Positions 15,001 through 27,600 of a stretch of 64,000 nt of DNA are shown piece after piece. Origin of the DNA: Perna viridis. Taxonomy: Eukaryota. Under the pieces are notes generated by a model. That model had not been told where the DNA came from, searched no databases, and was given only the letters and a program-made list of their open reading frames with translations. The translations under genes were made by a program, and so were the position numbers. Each line of letters begins with the position of its first letter. The first letter of the stretch is position 1. Location: the NCBI GenBank assembly GCA_037379345.1, contig CM074515.1:7998001-8062000 (forward strand). Reading direction: 5' to 3'.

Positions 15001-18000
15001 CTTACTTGTTTTACTTTGTTTGTTTTGCTTGCAAAATCCACTTAAACTTTTTTTTTATTTTTGTTTCAAAACTACCTAACTTGCCTGGTTAAATACTCTG
15101 TAAGATAAGTTGGGGTACTTTTTCCTAGCATTAGTGACCTTAAACATCAAACTAGTACTTCAACCCCTACTTCTTGATATTAACATAGTACCATATCCAC
15201 CTACCCTAAATTTCATATCCAATGGATTATAATTTGCCATATCTTTCTTAGCTTTACCCAAAGCAGAGAATCCATCAGTACTCCATACAAGCTGTTGATG
15301 TCTCCTACCATTGTTAGTCAGTTTTATAGTCTTCTTCAACGGTCTATTACTGTACAAAATATATAATTCATGAATAGCTCATGTATACCCAATACAAAGT
15401 ATGATATAGCTTAATGATACCTAATGTTCATATTTTGTATGAAATATTCACAATATTATGTTTTGAAGCTGCTTTCAAGTCTCTCTGTCAAATAAATATA
15501 ATGATTGTCAAACTTTGCTTACATACTATACACAACATACTGACTATATAAAAAGTTGTAGATTGCAAATATTTTCGTTAATTGCAGCCTGCATTCTTTA
15601 CCTGAAATTAGGTCCTAGATCAAATTTAGATGTCAGTTTTGGTTCGGAGACAATAGTGGTTCCTTGTCCATAACCAACCAATGGAATCTGTCTCACTTGA
15701 CTCTCTAAGAAGTTTATTTGCAACTTGTCCTGGAATCTATAAAACAAAACATATTCTATCTATATAGTACTTTTAAAATGAAAATCTGTGAAAAACAAAA
15801 GTGATCTCACTTAAATCAAGACAAACATGCAATTTACAAATTCATTTAAACAGTTAAAAGAGTTTTTGGGTTGCTGCATGACATGAAGAGTAAAAAAATA
15901 TTCAATGAAAATTAAAATTAAACACCTTTATAACCACTTTTAACTTACCTCACACTATCATTAAGATGAGCTGTAACAACAAGTTCCATCCTCTTTTCTG
16001 GCTCTATCTGGCCTTCCTGTGGATGTACATTGAAGGCTGACTTGGGGCGCATCATGTGTGCTGTAAACCTGGCTGGTATCAGGGACTCATTAGACAGGAT
16101 CAATGTCATGGGTTTATCTGTCAGTACTGGTACAACACCCCAGTCTAAACTTTGAGGTGTAATGTGGACAACTGGACCTTCACCAATACAGGCAATATGA
16201 ACAGGCTGAAAAATTATTGTGATATAATACTACAGCGTCAAGTATAGTTTATATAACAAAAGTTCATAAATCATATAACAATCCATAACATCAGCAAAAT
16301 GAATGAGATAGTTATCTTATGATCAAGCACATGAAACAGAAACAAGATATGTTTGAGAGACACACATGATGTCTTCTGAATAGCTTATGTAAGCCAAGTA
16401 ACTGACATAATTATCCTATAGGAAACTTACCAGTGGTGGATCAGGGCTTCCAAAGATGGCAAACTGGGCTACAATGTCTTCTTCTTCTAACTTCTGGGCT
16501 TGAATTATCATTGGCACTTCTGCTAAGGAATGTGGCTCTACTATACCCTGAAATTGATTTTTGAAAATATTTAAAATACATTTACTATATAATTGACTAA
16601 GAAGATTTATTTTTTTAATAGGCTCAAACAAGAAGCTAATAACAGATTCAAATAGTTTGAAAATATTTTTTTAAAAAAATTGATTTACTATTTCTACAGT
16701 TTTTAAATTACAAAGCAAAACACTCTAAAAGTGACAGAATACCTTCATTTTTGGACTTGTATAGGTGATTGGTGTTTCTTCTGTAACAACCTGATTAATA
16801 AGCTCATATTTAGCAGGTAAATCTGTGTCATTGTGAAGCTTGACAGAATGCTCATATGGGTGTCGTAAGAAGCATCGCCCATAATCTAATATTGGGCTAA
16901 GTACTGTAATTGGTGGTACAACACATCTACAATAAAAAAAAATGTAAAAAATAATAGAAGCTGACTGGAGTAACTTTGCTTTGCAACCAATTTATTCAAC
17001 TTAAATCTACAAGGCAAAGATCGTAGGCCTTCATAAAAAACGAAGTATTATGGCAAAGCACTATGCAAACAAAGATGGTCACTTGAAAGCTCAATATCTT
17101 ATATGTAAATCTTACTGAACACATATTTCACAGTGGTAATTTTGTACATACTTTGCTAAGATAGGCAAAGATAATATCTCTTCTCCAACATTCTCCACAT
17201 CAACTACCAAATTCATTTCATATTTCTTGATTGTATTGGAGATAAAGTTAACGGTCACTCTGACTTCACTCTGTGGTTGAAGTATTCCAGATTCTGGTAG
17301 TATTTCAAACTCTTTAGGAGGTCCAGTCCTGCCTACCAACATGGGTGAAGGGGAGCCCATTTCACTTCTATTACTGTCCAAGTCACTGGTACCACATACA
17401 CTCTCAGATATACCATCACCTGGTACTCGAAATGTAAACTTCATAGGAACAAGGGAAGTGTTCTGCAGAGTACATGACTGGGTGTTCAGAAATCCTAAAA
17501 TCAAGTGCATAATTGTAGAAAGATTTGAGCACTAGAGTTATTCAAGAAGCTTGACTCAGTTCATGTTTCTTTTCTCCACTGTTAAACACTATATCACAAA
17601 TTAGAATTTAATTTGAAAACATATCAAAGTTACAAAGACAATAAAAACACCTACCATAAGAAACTGTTCCGAATTTGAGGCGAGGAACATCAAACTGGAA
17701 AGTTGGACCAATTACTGTGCCACTGCAAAATACATAACATTCAAATAAAAAAAAAAATACATAAAAATGTTTAAATACATAACAACCTAATAAAAGTATA
17801 TTATTGATGCTATTAAAATACTTAAAATTTCTGCTAATTGTATGTTAACTTTAGCTGGATGAAAGATAGCAAATGGCAAAACCATAAGATAGACCACTTA
17901 CACAAATTTGACTTTCAGTTGTTCTGGTTGTCCATCAATTTGGAAACTGAACTCTTCCTCAAAGTCTCCAAGATAAGGACTAGAAAAGGTGATAGCAATG

Positions 18001-21000
18001 GCTTGATGCCCTCCTGGCATTACTATTCCCTCTGAAGGATCAAACTGAAAACATGGTCCAAATATAGAATGTTTTGGCAAAACACTATAAATAGCATCAA
18101 TGTCACCATGATTGGCCAGAATAATCTCATATGTATGTTTAGATCCAATAAAAATGTTTCCTAAATCCAATGTCTGGAAAGAAAACTTAACACTTGGTCC
18201 TATGCCTTCTCCTTTAATTCTTAGTGGTAGGAATGTCTCACGTCCAGTGACATCACAGAATGCAGTCAGTACATAGCTTTTAGCTTCTCTTGGTTTGAAT
18301 ATAACATTGACATCAAATGATGTGTTTGGCCATATATCACCTTCCACTGGTTCTATCTTCAGTTCCTGGTCATCAAATAACATAGGATCTTTCTCAATCA
18401 CCTGAAAGGCAGTCAAACATTTATAAAAATATACAAGTAAGTGCATTCATCTAGAATTTAACTTTAATATAAATTCATGTATATATCTATTAATAAGCAT
18501 CTTATGGGAAGAACATCTGAAAGGGATCAAATCAGCTACTATTAGGTAAACATTCTTTATTATAGAAGAACCATAAATTTTCAAAGAAATACCACTGAAG
18601 TGAACAGGAATGTACATACCATTCTTTTGTTATGGAAGGTTCTGGTAAGAATGGAAAGTTTGTCTTGTAAAGTAGGATCTCTGATAACTTCCTCCTGAAA
18701 ACTCTTCTTGTCATTGGTTTCATCTCTTTCTACAGCATTTATAGCTCTGTCATTAAATACATAAGACATATAATAAAATCAGACAATAAAAAAGGGGGAT
18801 GTAACACATTCAGTTTGGTAAATATTAATAAGAAATGAATCACTTCTAAAAGTTCAATACAAGAAAGGATAAAAACTAGCTGAAGACAAAGGAAGCATAC
18901 TAGCTGTTGACCGTTGAACTGACTGTAACCTTATTACACTTCCAGCATTAATACTTACAAAGACTTCTCTTCATCTTCCTGTTCCTTGGTGGAGAATCTT
19001 GTCCATCTGAAGTGACATATGACATCAGATCTGTTATGTACTGTAACTGTTCTTTGGTTAGCCATTGATATGTATGTGTTCTCCATCTTAATGGTATTTT
19101 TGTCCAACCTTACGCTAGCATTCTGTGCAGCACCATACAAATGGATAAAAACATTCTCGCCTGTATTTGAAAAAAAAAATATAAATGTATAGAAACAAAA
19201 TTTACTACAAACCAATCTCAATAAAACATTCAAAACAAATTATCACGGCACTATGATCAATGAAAAAATTTTTGTTTAAAATAAGACTTTAATAAAGCAA
19301 AATCATATTAAAATAAATCTTTTTTTCAAATGAGCATCTACATTTTTGTCAAATTCTGACAAAATAAGTAAATATACTAATATCATAAAACATTTTAGTC
19401 ATTATAAATGAAACATGAAGTTACCTAGTTTCATGAGCCACCAAACATTACCTGTATCATAACTGAGCACTAGATCTTCATGATGATCACCAGTCTTCTG
19501 AGGTGTGTACTCTACTGTAACCTGCATACTCTCCTGGACAGGTAAGGTACCAATCTCAGGGGTCACTGAGAATGGTCTGAAATGGTTGGATAACATCCAA
19601 ATTTAATTAAAAAAGACTGACAAAATAAAATGGCTAACAAAAGAATTTATTACTGTAATTTTAAGTCAGTGATTTCATTAAGTACATGCAACAACAAGAA
19701 GCAAATATCTAAAATTTCATAGTTTTTTTTACCAATTTTATAAATATTTATTTATATATACAACAAAACATCAATGTACTTAAAAAAATCTATTATTTTT
19801 TTTGTTAATGTGTAGTTAAGACAAATGTTTGATTCTGTTACATACTTTTCTGTAGAGAGTGTAAATTTTGCTTCTCTGTTTCCAATATTTCTGACTAAGT
19901 ATGTCCTGGAATGAGTGTACTTTACAGGTCCTGGTGGGAAGTGAACATTATCAGGAAAATCCAAGACAGCTCGAGATCCTACAGCTCGGACTGGTACGAT
20001 GAATTTTTCTCTTTCTGTTATGCAGACTAACTCATGACTGTAATCCTGTAAAAGCAAACTTTAGTCATAAAAGTAACAACAAAAAAACGCCATTCTTAAA
20101 GAACACAGACACATTATACTAGAATAAAATACAGAAAAGACAGTGAGATATTATTAAAGATTACCGCAAAAAAAATTAGAAAAAAAAAACAAAAGTAGAT
20201 TGCAATGAACTGAAGGAGATACAAGAATCTGAAAAAATATACCTTTTTCTCTTCTGGTTTAAACTGTATCCTAAATGTAGTGGGTAAGCCTGGTCCGACT
20301 TTGTGACCAACATCATGTGGGCTTATGATTTTGAAGTATGGAGAATCAGCTTGTGTCACCTTCACAAGTCTTGGTACCTAAAATTACACAAAATGCAGTG
20401 TTTACATTGGCTACATGAATCAAGTAGAGCATTTTTCATATCTAAAAATTTATTCAAACATCAGTTCTTTGTGATAATACGATAAGAATAAACAATGCTG
20501 TATTTCATTCTAAAGAATACAAAGAAAACCAAAATATTTAATATACATAAATGAATAAATTACTTGAAAAAGGTTATATCAATTGAATATTAATCAACAC
20601 ATACCTTGTCATTATTTCGTAAGATAAGTGGCACTTCATAAACTTGGTATGGTTCAAAATTCTGGAATGTAACTTCTGAAGGGTATGGTTGGAACATTGG
20701 CTCATCAATATTTACTTGTGAAAACTATTTAAAAACAAAGACAGTATATTACATTGTAAATTGCACTTAGTAAATGTAAAAATATTTAAGTCAAGACTGT
20801 TTCAGTTTTAATTTCTTTGTTCTAAAAATAAATTGAAACTGACAAAACAGAAGAGCTGTTTCAATCCATTTGTGAAAAATGAGGAAAAATATTATATGAA
20901 GTATAACAAATAACAAAATCTGTGTATGTGACCTGAAAATATATGATGACAAAGATAGTAATCACATAAATACTTTAAAAACATTTAAAATCATAACATA

Positions 21001-22802
21001 TGTAACACCTAACTATAAACTGGAAAATGATTAATTAAACTTTATGATTATTAAAATAAATGCATGCAAAATAAAAGTAAACAATTAATTATAGGTTTAT
21101 ATATCAACAACAAAATAAGTTTACCACACGTCTAGAAGTGGGAATAAACTCTTCTAGCTAAAACATTAGCATGGAAATTGTTGTTGTATTTCAATACACC
21201 TCAGACAGTGTTCATAATTTGATGCTATTTACAATTAACATGAGGACCAAAACTTGCATTTCATTCAACACTATGGTACCCTTACAAAGTATTCTCTTTC
21301 ATCTTATATTAATTAAAAAGTATATTGGTTCACTATTGGTAGAATTTCATTTCAAAATTTGCCATTTAAAACAAAAAATACGATCACATCAACATAACTT
21401 TATTTCTCTGGACTCTAAATGAACTTACCTTTTGAAGACTTGTGTCAGCCATATCCAACAGTTCCACTTTCTTTGGTACTTTCATTGTGTGTGTATTTGA
21501 AAGTTTTTGGTCTGTGTCCATTTTCATGTCAAACATGAATTGACTGGGAGTCATCTAGAATGTAATAATCACTTATCTATATGTTTAACTAATTTGGCCA
21601 CACTTAAAAATATTTCAGTTTGCACTAACCCAACCCTGATTTTTATCAATGGGTAGGTAGGTAGGCTTTTTTATTTTTTTGGGAATGATTGACCAGGCAC
21701 TCATATAAAATCAGAGCCGATTGGAGCTTACTTATATTCCTTCATAATGTTGAAGATCTACATGTACAAAGATTTCTTTTTATATTTGTTAAATTTTCCC
21801 CATACCCATTCCTAAATTTAATGTACCATGATCCATCAGAATATATGTATCATTGATGTCTCACATTTCTTTGTAATTGAAGCACAAGAAGAGTTAAAAA
21901 GATGTCAGCAGATGCTTCCAACATTTCTTTGAGAATGAAGATGTTTGTTGATACAAAAAGATAAAAATGTGTCCTGGAAAATGATGTTTAAGAAAAGAAA
22001 AATACTCTTCTCTTTGACTACATGAAATGATTACTAGACTTTGCATTTTGTTAATAAAATCAAGAACTTTGAACTGTTTTATTTGAACTGACTAGAATAA
22101 CAGGAATGATTAGAAACAAAGAAAAAAATATGAAAATTAAAGTCGCTATTTTGTTTCCTCCGTGGAGTATCAACATTCATATGCAGAACAAGTTACTTAT
22201 AAATAAATCTCTGGCACATAAGGTCAAGTCATTTTTTTATAATTGGCATCCTTTTTGGGACTGCCTGCTTATCCACAGTAAGGCAATTACAGTACACCTG
22301 TAGTACAACCCGAAATTTTGTCTTCAGGTCCCTGTAAGGTTGTACATCCGGTCTGCAACAAAAACAACTGATGTCCACATTTAATGTCTGTTTTGAATCA
22401 ACAGTTTGATTTTGTTGTTTTCGGTATATATATATTTTAGCCGGAAAGCAATGACAACATGAATCTCTCCGTCTTTCTACTTCCACTCGGAAGTTATCGT
22501 AGGTTACACTGACAAGTACTAAGGACTTAGGAAATGCCAAAAAAGTAACATACGGAACAAAGTTGGATGGGAGACTTGAATACATGTAAAAAACCTTTTA
22601 ATTTTCTCAAAGTCGAAATAAATAACAAGATTCAAATTCAGGCTACAGCATTACATGTTACCTTAATTTCTTCCTCATCTCCTTTTAACAATTTTGGATT
22701 TCTTGGTGCAACAACTTTACTTCTGTAGTTGGCTGCATCAGGACCAAGGGCATCCAAAGTACTAGTGGTGCCAACCACCTCCCCAAATGGCCCGAGAGGC
22801 AT
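6..22802 (-). CDS. HYDIN: Hydrocephalus-inducing protein homolog (axonemal central-pair protein), 5' portion: 41 coding exons, 7872 nt, ~2624 aa, continues past the left edge
   Basis: Exons, all with GT-AG junctions and continuous frame: 22802-22662, 21554-21429, 20724-20605, 20377-20243, 20045-19846, 19576-19452, 19160-18959, 18746-18620, 18401-17902, 17722-17655, 17494-17152, 16926-16743, 16547-16431, 16205-15949, 15736-15602, 15349-15205, 14785-14522, 14312-14175, 13881-13753, 13524-13198, 12981-12622, 12354-12007, 11732-11418, 11169-10988, 10804-10531, 10180-9989, 9742-9596, 9400-9161, 8907-8805, 8643-8551, 7919-7794, 7487-7329, 7041-6799, 5636-5473, 4074-3750, 3477-3336, 2484-2404, 2100-1873, 875-750, 529-372, 88-6. 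The peptide matches HYDIN as I recall it: MFQPYPSEVTFQNFEPYQVYEVPLILRNNDKVPRLVKV, CITEREKFIVPV, TYISMANQRTVTVHNRS, tandem ASH/Ig-like repeats, adenylate-kinase-like P-loop GAPLSG|KT, LQLNDCHRGVVFDGLETLF and an E/K/R coiled coil. Confidence 0.96.
866..1090. repeat. Degenerate ~34-bp tandem repeat (about 6 units) that copies a HYDIN 3' splice site
   Basis: Units resembling ttacctttcctgtaagtaataacac start near 867, 914, 948, 990, 1023 and 1057. Confidence 0.8.
1462..1524 (-). CDS. Candidate 63-nt HYDIN cassette exon (K-MNPKELQNHLAVMSKMGAAI-G)
   Basis: ttttag|AATGAACC...GCTATAGG|gtacac; length divisible by 3; open in the required phase-2 frame; GC-richer than the surrounding 1-kb intron. Confidence 0.55.
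3079..3081 (-). other. Candidate 3-nt microexon (AAG) or recursive splice site in a HYDIN intron
   Basis: The - strand reads cacttaacatttttcttcatttaaacag|AAG|gtgagt: branch-point-like CTTAAC, pyrimidine tract, CAG, then a consensus donor. Confidence 0.55.
4606..5190 (-). other. Candidate pair of HYDIN microexons, 5190-5168 (23 nt) and 4618-4606 (13 nt)
   Basis: cacag|ATCCTAAGCCTAGTAAAGGGGAG|gtacat and cactag|GAATCGAGGAAAG|gttagg; together 36 nt, in frame, encoding ILSLVKGRNRGK. Confidence 0.4.
22298..22615 (-). promoter_or_regulatory. Possible internal HYDIN promoter or alternative first exon
   Basis: 9 CpGs in ~310 bp; X-box-like GTTATCGTAGGTTAC 22493-22507 overlapping CGGAAG; donor CAG|gtgtac after 22298, in phase with exon 21554. 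Confidence 0.35.
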
Positions 22803-22998
22803 TTTGGCTGAAAAAAGAGAAGTACATGTCTAATATTAAATGATACCTTAAATCAACAGACAATTCTATATCTTGATACATACAAATTAATTTGTTCTAT
22901 ACTCAGGTAAGTTATATAACCAAAGGTAAGTTAATTACATAACTATCACTCAGAGAGAATATCAGTTAAAATATCTGCCCATCGCTTAAAACCATGTA

Positions 22999-23082
22999 GT
23001 GACCTGTAGAAGTTTAATTAATTGCTTGACTTTTGATGGATGACTGTCTCATTGGCAGTCATACCACATCTCCTATATTTAT
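22999..23082 (+). repeat. Fragment of an abundant mussel-type interspersed repeat
   Basis: gtgacct...tgtctcattggcagtcataccacatctcct matches, from recall, the 3' end of a very common Mytilus repeat. Confidence 0.45.
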
Positions 23083-24209
23083 ATTAACAATGAATAAATC
23101 TATGGAAAGTCAACACCTGGACACTTTTTTTTCAACAAATGAACATTACAAGTACTTTATGCAAATACTTGTTGAGTAGCATGTTTTCATACTTTTGTCA
23201 TCTCTGACAGCTTTTGTTGATTTTTTTTAGCTCAAATGTTTATGAAGTCCCATAAAATAGTACAAAGCCATAAAATAAAAGAGGCACAATATGAAATTAA
23301 CAATTTTAACTACCACTGGTTACAATTCCAAAATCAAGTATTGTCATTGGTTTTAAAATGATGAATATTAGATATTTAATGAAGTAACTGGATAACAAAG
23401 AACTTGATTCCATCCCTAATCCACAACACTACGGATGCATTTGAGATGAAAGTTGTCTGAAGACATTCTTTTCTGTCCTATTCTATATTATCTTATGTAT
23501 ACAGATCAGCAAAGCAACACAAGCTCTATTAGGATGAGTCGTGACAATATGAGAACAAACTCCTGCAATATTATTACTTCACAACTAACAACGTAAAAAG
23601 TGAGACCAATTAGGGATATGAACATATATGTATGTTTCTTCAGGACCATTTCAGGTTTCACCTGTTTTAAAAGCGTGAGAAGCTAACTCTTAAATGAATA
23701 GAAATTCTTCTAAAAAATCATCATACTGACACTTGAAAAACTTTGGTCAAGGAAAAACACTATATCACGACTTAATGAAGCTTTAGAAATAGTCAAAATA
23801 TGCTGCCTTGTCAAGTTGATGAAACATTTCAAAGATGTCTATGCTATTTGATCGAAACTCCTTGGATTTTTTCTAAAATGCTACTTTGGGTTGAAGAGAT
23901 CATAATAGTCAGATAGATCATAAAACCATGCATTCTATGCTGAACCAAGAACTGTTTGACAATAATTTTACAAATATTTGGAATGTTCTTTGCTAGCTCC
24001 ATCTCGGCAATATAAAGAGAAATTGGTACATAACGCTTCGCTCGCACTTAAGGCCACTACGATTATCATTTGACAATGAAGTGGTCCGCATCATGGCATT
24101 ATATTTTTAAATTAAATAATTTAAAACTTGCTAGAAGGAAACATGAAAACAATTGATCAATTCGTGCAAACACAATGATTCAATTAGGATATTTTCTACA
24201 TCGTGATTT

Positions 24210-24691
24210 AAGCTACCTACACTTAGACGTATGCTCGTTTCTGTAATTTCAATATCAGTGTTGATTTTCAAATCTCCATATTGTGGATAAATGTTGCTAG
24301 GAACAGTAGTCCGTTTCCTAAAGTAAGCGATTATTTCATTCGACAATACTTTTATTTCCTGTTGAAAATCGACGAATGAGATGCATTGTATTGTTTATAA
24401 GTCTGCGGAATAATTCGAAGAAAATTCATTTTTATTGCCAATAACACTAACAAATAGAATCTAGATCATGTAATGCCATTAATAAAGAATTTAATGTAAA
24501 AATTGTTTTCAAAATGATGAGATTATACAATGTAGATTAGAAATTTAGAACTATTTGATATTGCGGATTATTTTCCGTTTTCAACCATTTGTCTTTCGAC
24601 CTTGACATCCCGGCACGTGAAATAGTGTGTGGCCACTATTTTGTCGATTTTGTCATTATTTAACTGAAAGTTTTTTACTTTCCACAAGAAA
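24210..24691. promoter_or_regulatory. Putative bidirectional HYDIN/PRELID3 promoter with RFX X-box-like sites and an E-box
   Basis: Divergent genes; local CpG retention. X-box-like GTTGCTAGGAAC 24293-24304 and GTTTCCTAAAGTAAG 24313-24327; CACGTG 24614-24619. The HYDIN ATG exon has an acceptor at 22808-22810, so an upstream non-coding exon is implied (possible donor near 24216). Confidence 0.55.
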
Positions 24692-27600
24692 ATGAAAATT
24701 TGGACATCAGAACATATTTTTGAGTAAGTCTTTACGTTGATTATTTCGTTCGCCTGTCATTTCAATCATTTTGCAACCTTGGCCCTTGCTTTCTTGCATA
24801 AGCTTTTGACATGATTTAATTTTTTAAAGTGACATTTGATCACCATGTTTGATCGTTGGAAGTGTTAAAATTCGTTTATCAGTAGAATGTTTTTATCATA
24901 ACATTACATTTTCCAACAAATTGTGTCAAAATTTTCCGTCCATTATGATATGAAGTGAACAGGGTATCGGGAAATAGGAATCCTAGAACACTCTTTATGT
25001 TTATATTTTAATTGTATGAAGGTTTGTTGTTTTGGTGTGTACAAATTTGATGAGAGCAGGTTAGATGTACAGTCATTTACACATTAAAGGTTCATCTGCT
25101 CCCTTCTATGGTTGTATTATCAACTGGGTTCAATATATTTATGACCAGAAAAACCACTTATATCCTGTTAGTGCATGTAAAGTCTGGAGCTTTAAAATAG
25201 CATCATGGCAGCTTTATTGTACCCCATGCAACGAAGTTGCGGAGGGTATAATGTTTTCGACCTGTCAGTCCATCTTCAGTTTTCCTGACTTTTTTTTAAA
25301 CCCTTGTAGTTATTGACATGATTTTTGATATATAATTTCACCATGATAAGTTACAAGTCAAGTTGAACTTTCATTCCTCTCTGATGTTTTTTACAGAAGT
25401 TACTGGCCTTGAACTTAGATAAGTTCACAGAAATAACAGTTTTCCTGACTTTTTCTTTAATTCTCGAATACTTGGTAAATATAATTGAGAACTTCACCAG
25501 TCTAGGAAACATTTGTTAGCTTCGATGATTAAATACAAATCAAACTTTAGCTTTTTCCAAGATGGGGATGGTCAAAACATGACTGCCGAATGTTTTCAAA
25601 AATGATGTCATCAGCTTATCAATACCAAACAATTCAACCCAAAAATATTTTGGACCATGACAACCCACAGTTCCTTACCAAAGCTGGACATTTTGGCCCA
25701 AGATATTTTTCAGACCATGTCAATAAGAGAATGCTTAAGGACAATAAAAAACGTATATCCTAACAAATTTTACCATTTTGGAAGTTACCGTATTTTGGTG
25801 TGTATAGTGCACATTTATGTATTATGCGCAGTGCAATTATGAAGGTCTAAATGTGTGAGAAAAAGTTTTTTAGACTTAGATTGCAGTAAAATTTTGTAAG
25901 ACAAAAAAAATCGATATTTTGCACTTGATTGGTCAATTTATTTACCTTGATGCGGTATTTCCTATGAAAATGTGAAGGAAAGGAATTTCTATGCAGACTT
26001 AAAACATCATGTAAACATCAGTAGCTACATAAACTGGATAATTTTAATTACGAAGCGTGATAAAATTGACACAGGATGTATGAAATGGCTTATAAAATAA
26101 AATCGAAAGTCGGGAAAATCGGACATTTTCAGTTTTGGTTGTAACTCAATTTTCACAATTTTTCATTAGAAAACATACTTTTAAAGAAAGAAAATTGTAA
26201 GACACAATCAAAATAAGTATCAGAATAATCATTTTCAGCTGTAACAGCAATTGATAAGGAGGGTTTCACAAAAAAGGAACGAGTTACTATTTGGTTTTTA
26301 GTTGTTTCATATTAATTTCTAACCATGCTTTATAAGAAGGAAATATCATACAATCTTAGTTTGAAATATGTTATTAAGTCATTTGAACATTATTTGAAGA
26401 AAATATCACTAAAAATTTAATACTTAAAAATGTATTTGATGATTAGATAAAATTTCTTTCAGAAACTTTTCACTTTTGGTTTGTTTGTTTACATTATGCA
26501 ATGTCTTTTCACATACTAAAATCTTCAATTTCATGGCCAATTCTTATGTATTGATGTATAATATGCACCCCCATATTCTGGAAATAATTCTATGTAAAAA
26601 TGTGTGTATAATACACACCAAAATACAGTAATAATAACAGGGCTGACAAAAATTATGAAAGGTGTTTCTTCAGGAGTGTTTATGGTTTGACCTTCCTTGT
26701 ATTAAAAATGATATTTGCATAGCTACATACAGTAATTGACGATAAACAGGTCCCATGACTCACAACAGAGCAAACATGAGTTACATTTACATATCCCTGG
26801 TAAGTTGTCCCAATGACATTGTCTACATGTTAGAGATGTCCAGGATTAGCCTACCAATCAAGTCAATGAGATACCTGAATACTTCATTATTACATGTTTT
26901 CTATTAAATGTTACTCATGCGTTTGATTTGAGTTAAAGGGTTTTTTTTTCAACTGGGTTCCCTGATATAAAATTCCACTATTGTCTTCTTTTTGACTTGT
27001 CACTGATTTGCTGTCAGTATATAGTTTTAGTTCATAACATGTCTTGGTAATAAGTGTGTGCATCCATAAAAGTTGATATAAACTTAATATAGTTTTAACA
27101 AAAAGTCAAATTGAAACTAAAACACAACTGGAAAACTTCAGAGTTTTATTATATTTTACACATGGTTAGTTGCTATTACTGTTTGAATAGTGATTAGTTG
27201 TAGTTGAAATGATTGGTCATTTGATAACATTTGAATGTATTAGATTGTTTTGTTCCTAATTTTGTGAGGAAGGCATGACACTCTTGAAGTTGGTCAGAAA
27301 TATAGAAGTTTTGGCCTGCTTTAGGCAAAACGTTGAGACAAAAAATACAGAACATTTGCTCATGTTGAATCTGTTCATTTTTACTTCTTTATAAAAGTGT
27401 AATAAACAAGAGAAAATCAACAGTTTAGCAGATAAGTGCATTACATGTACCAATTTTTTTAATTATTAAAGAAATAAACTTTAATGTAGATTTCTACCTG
27501 CGGAATGTTTGGTTTTAATGATTCTGGCCATTTTTTGATTTCAGTGATCAGAACATTTAAAAACAAAGTAATGGTATGATAGTACATGTGAATTCTTACT

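Noticed and set aside
24620-24641. 5' UTR hairpin as an iron-responsive element
   Set aside because: Loop is UGUGGC rather than CAGUGH and there is no bulged C
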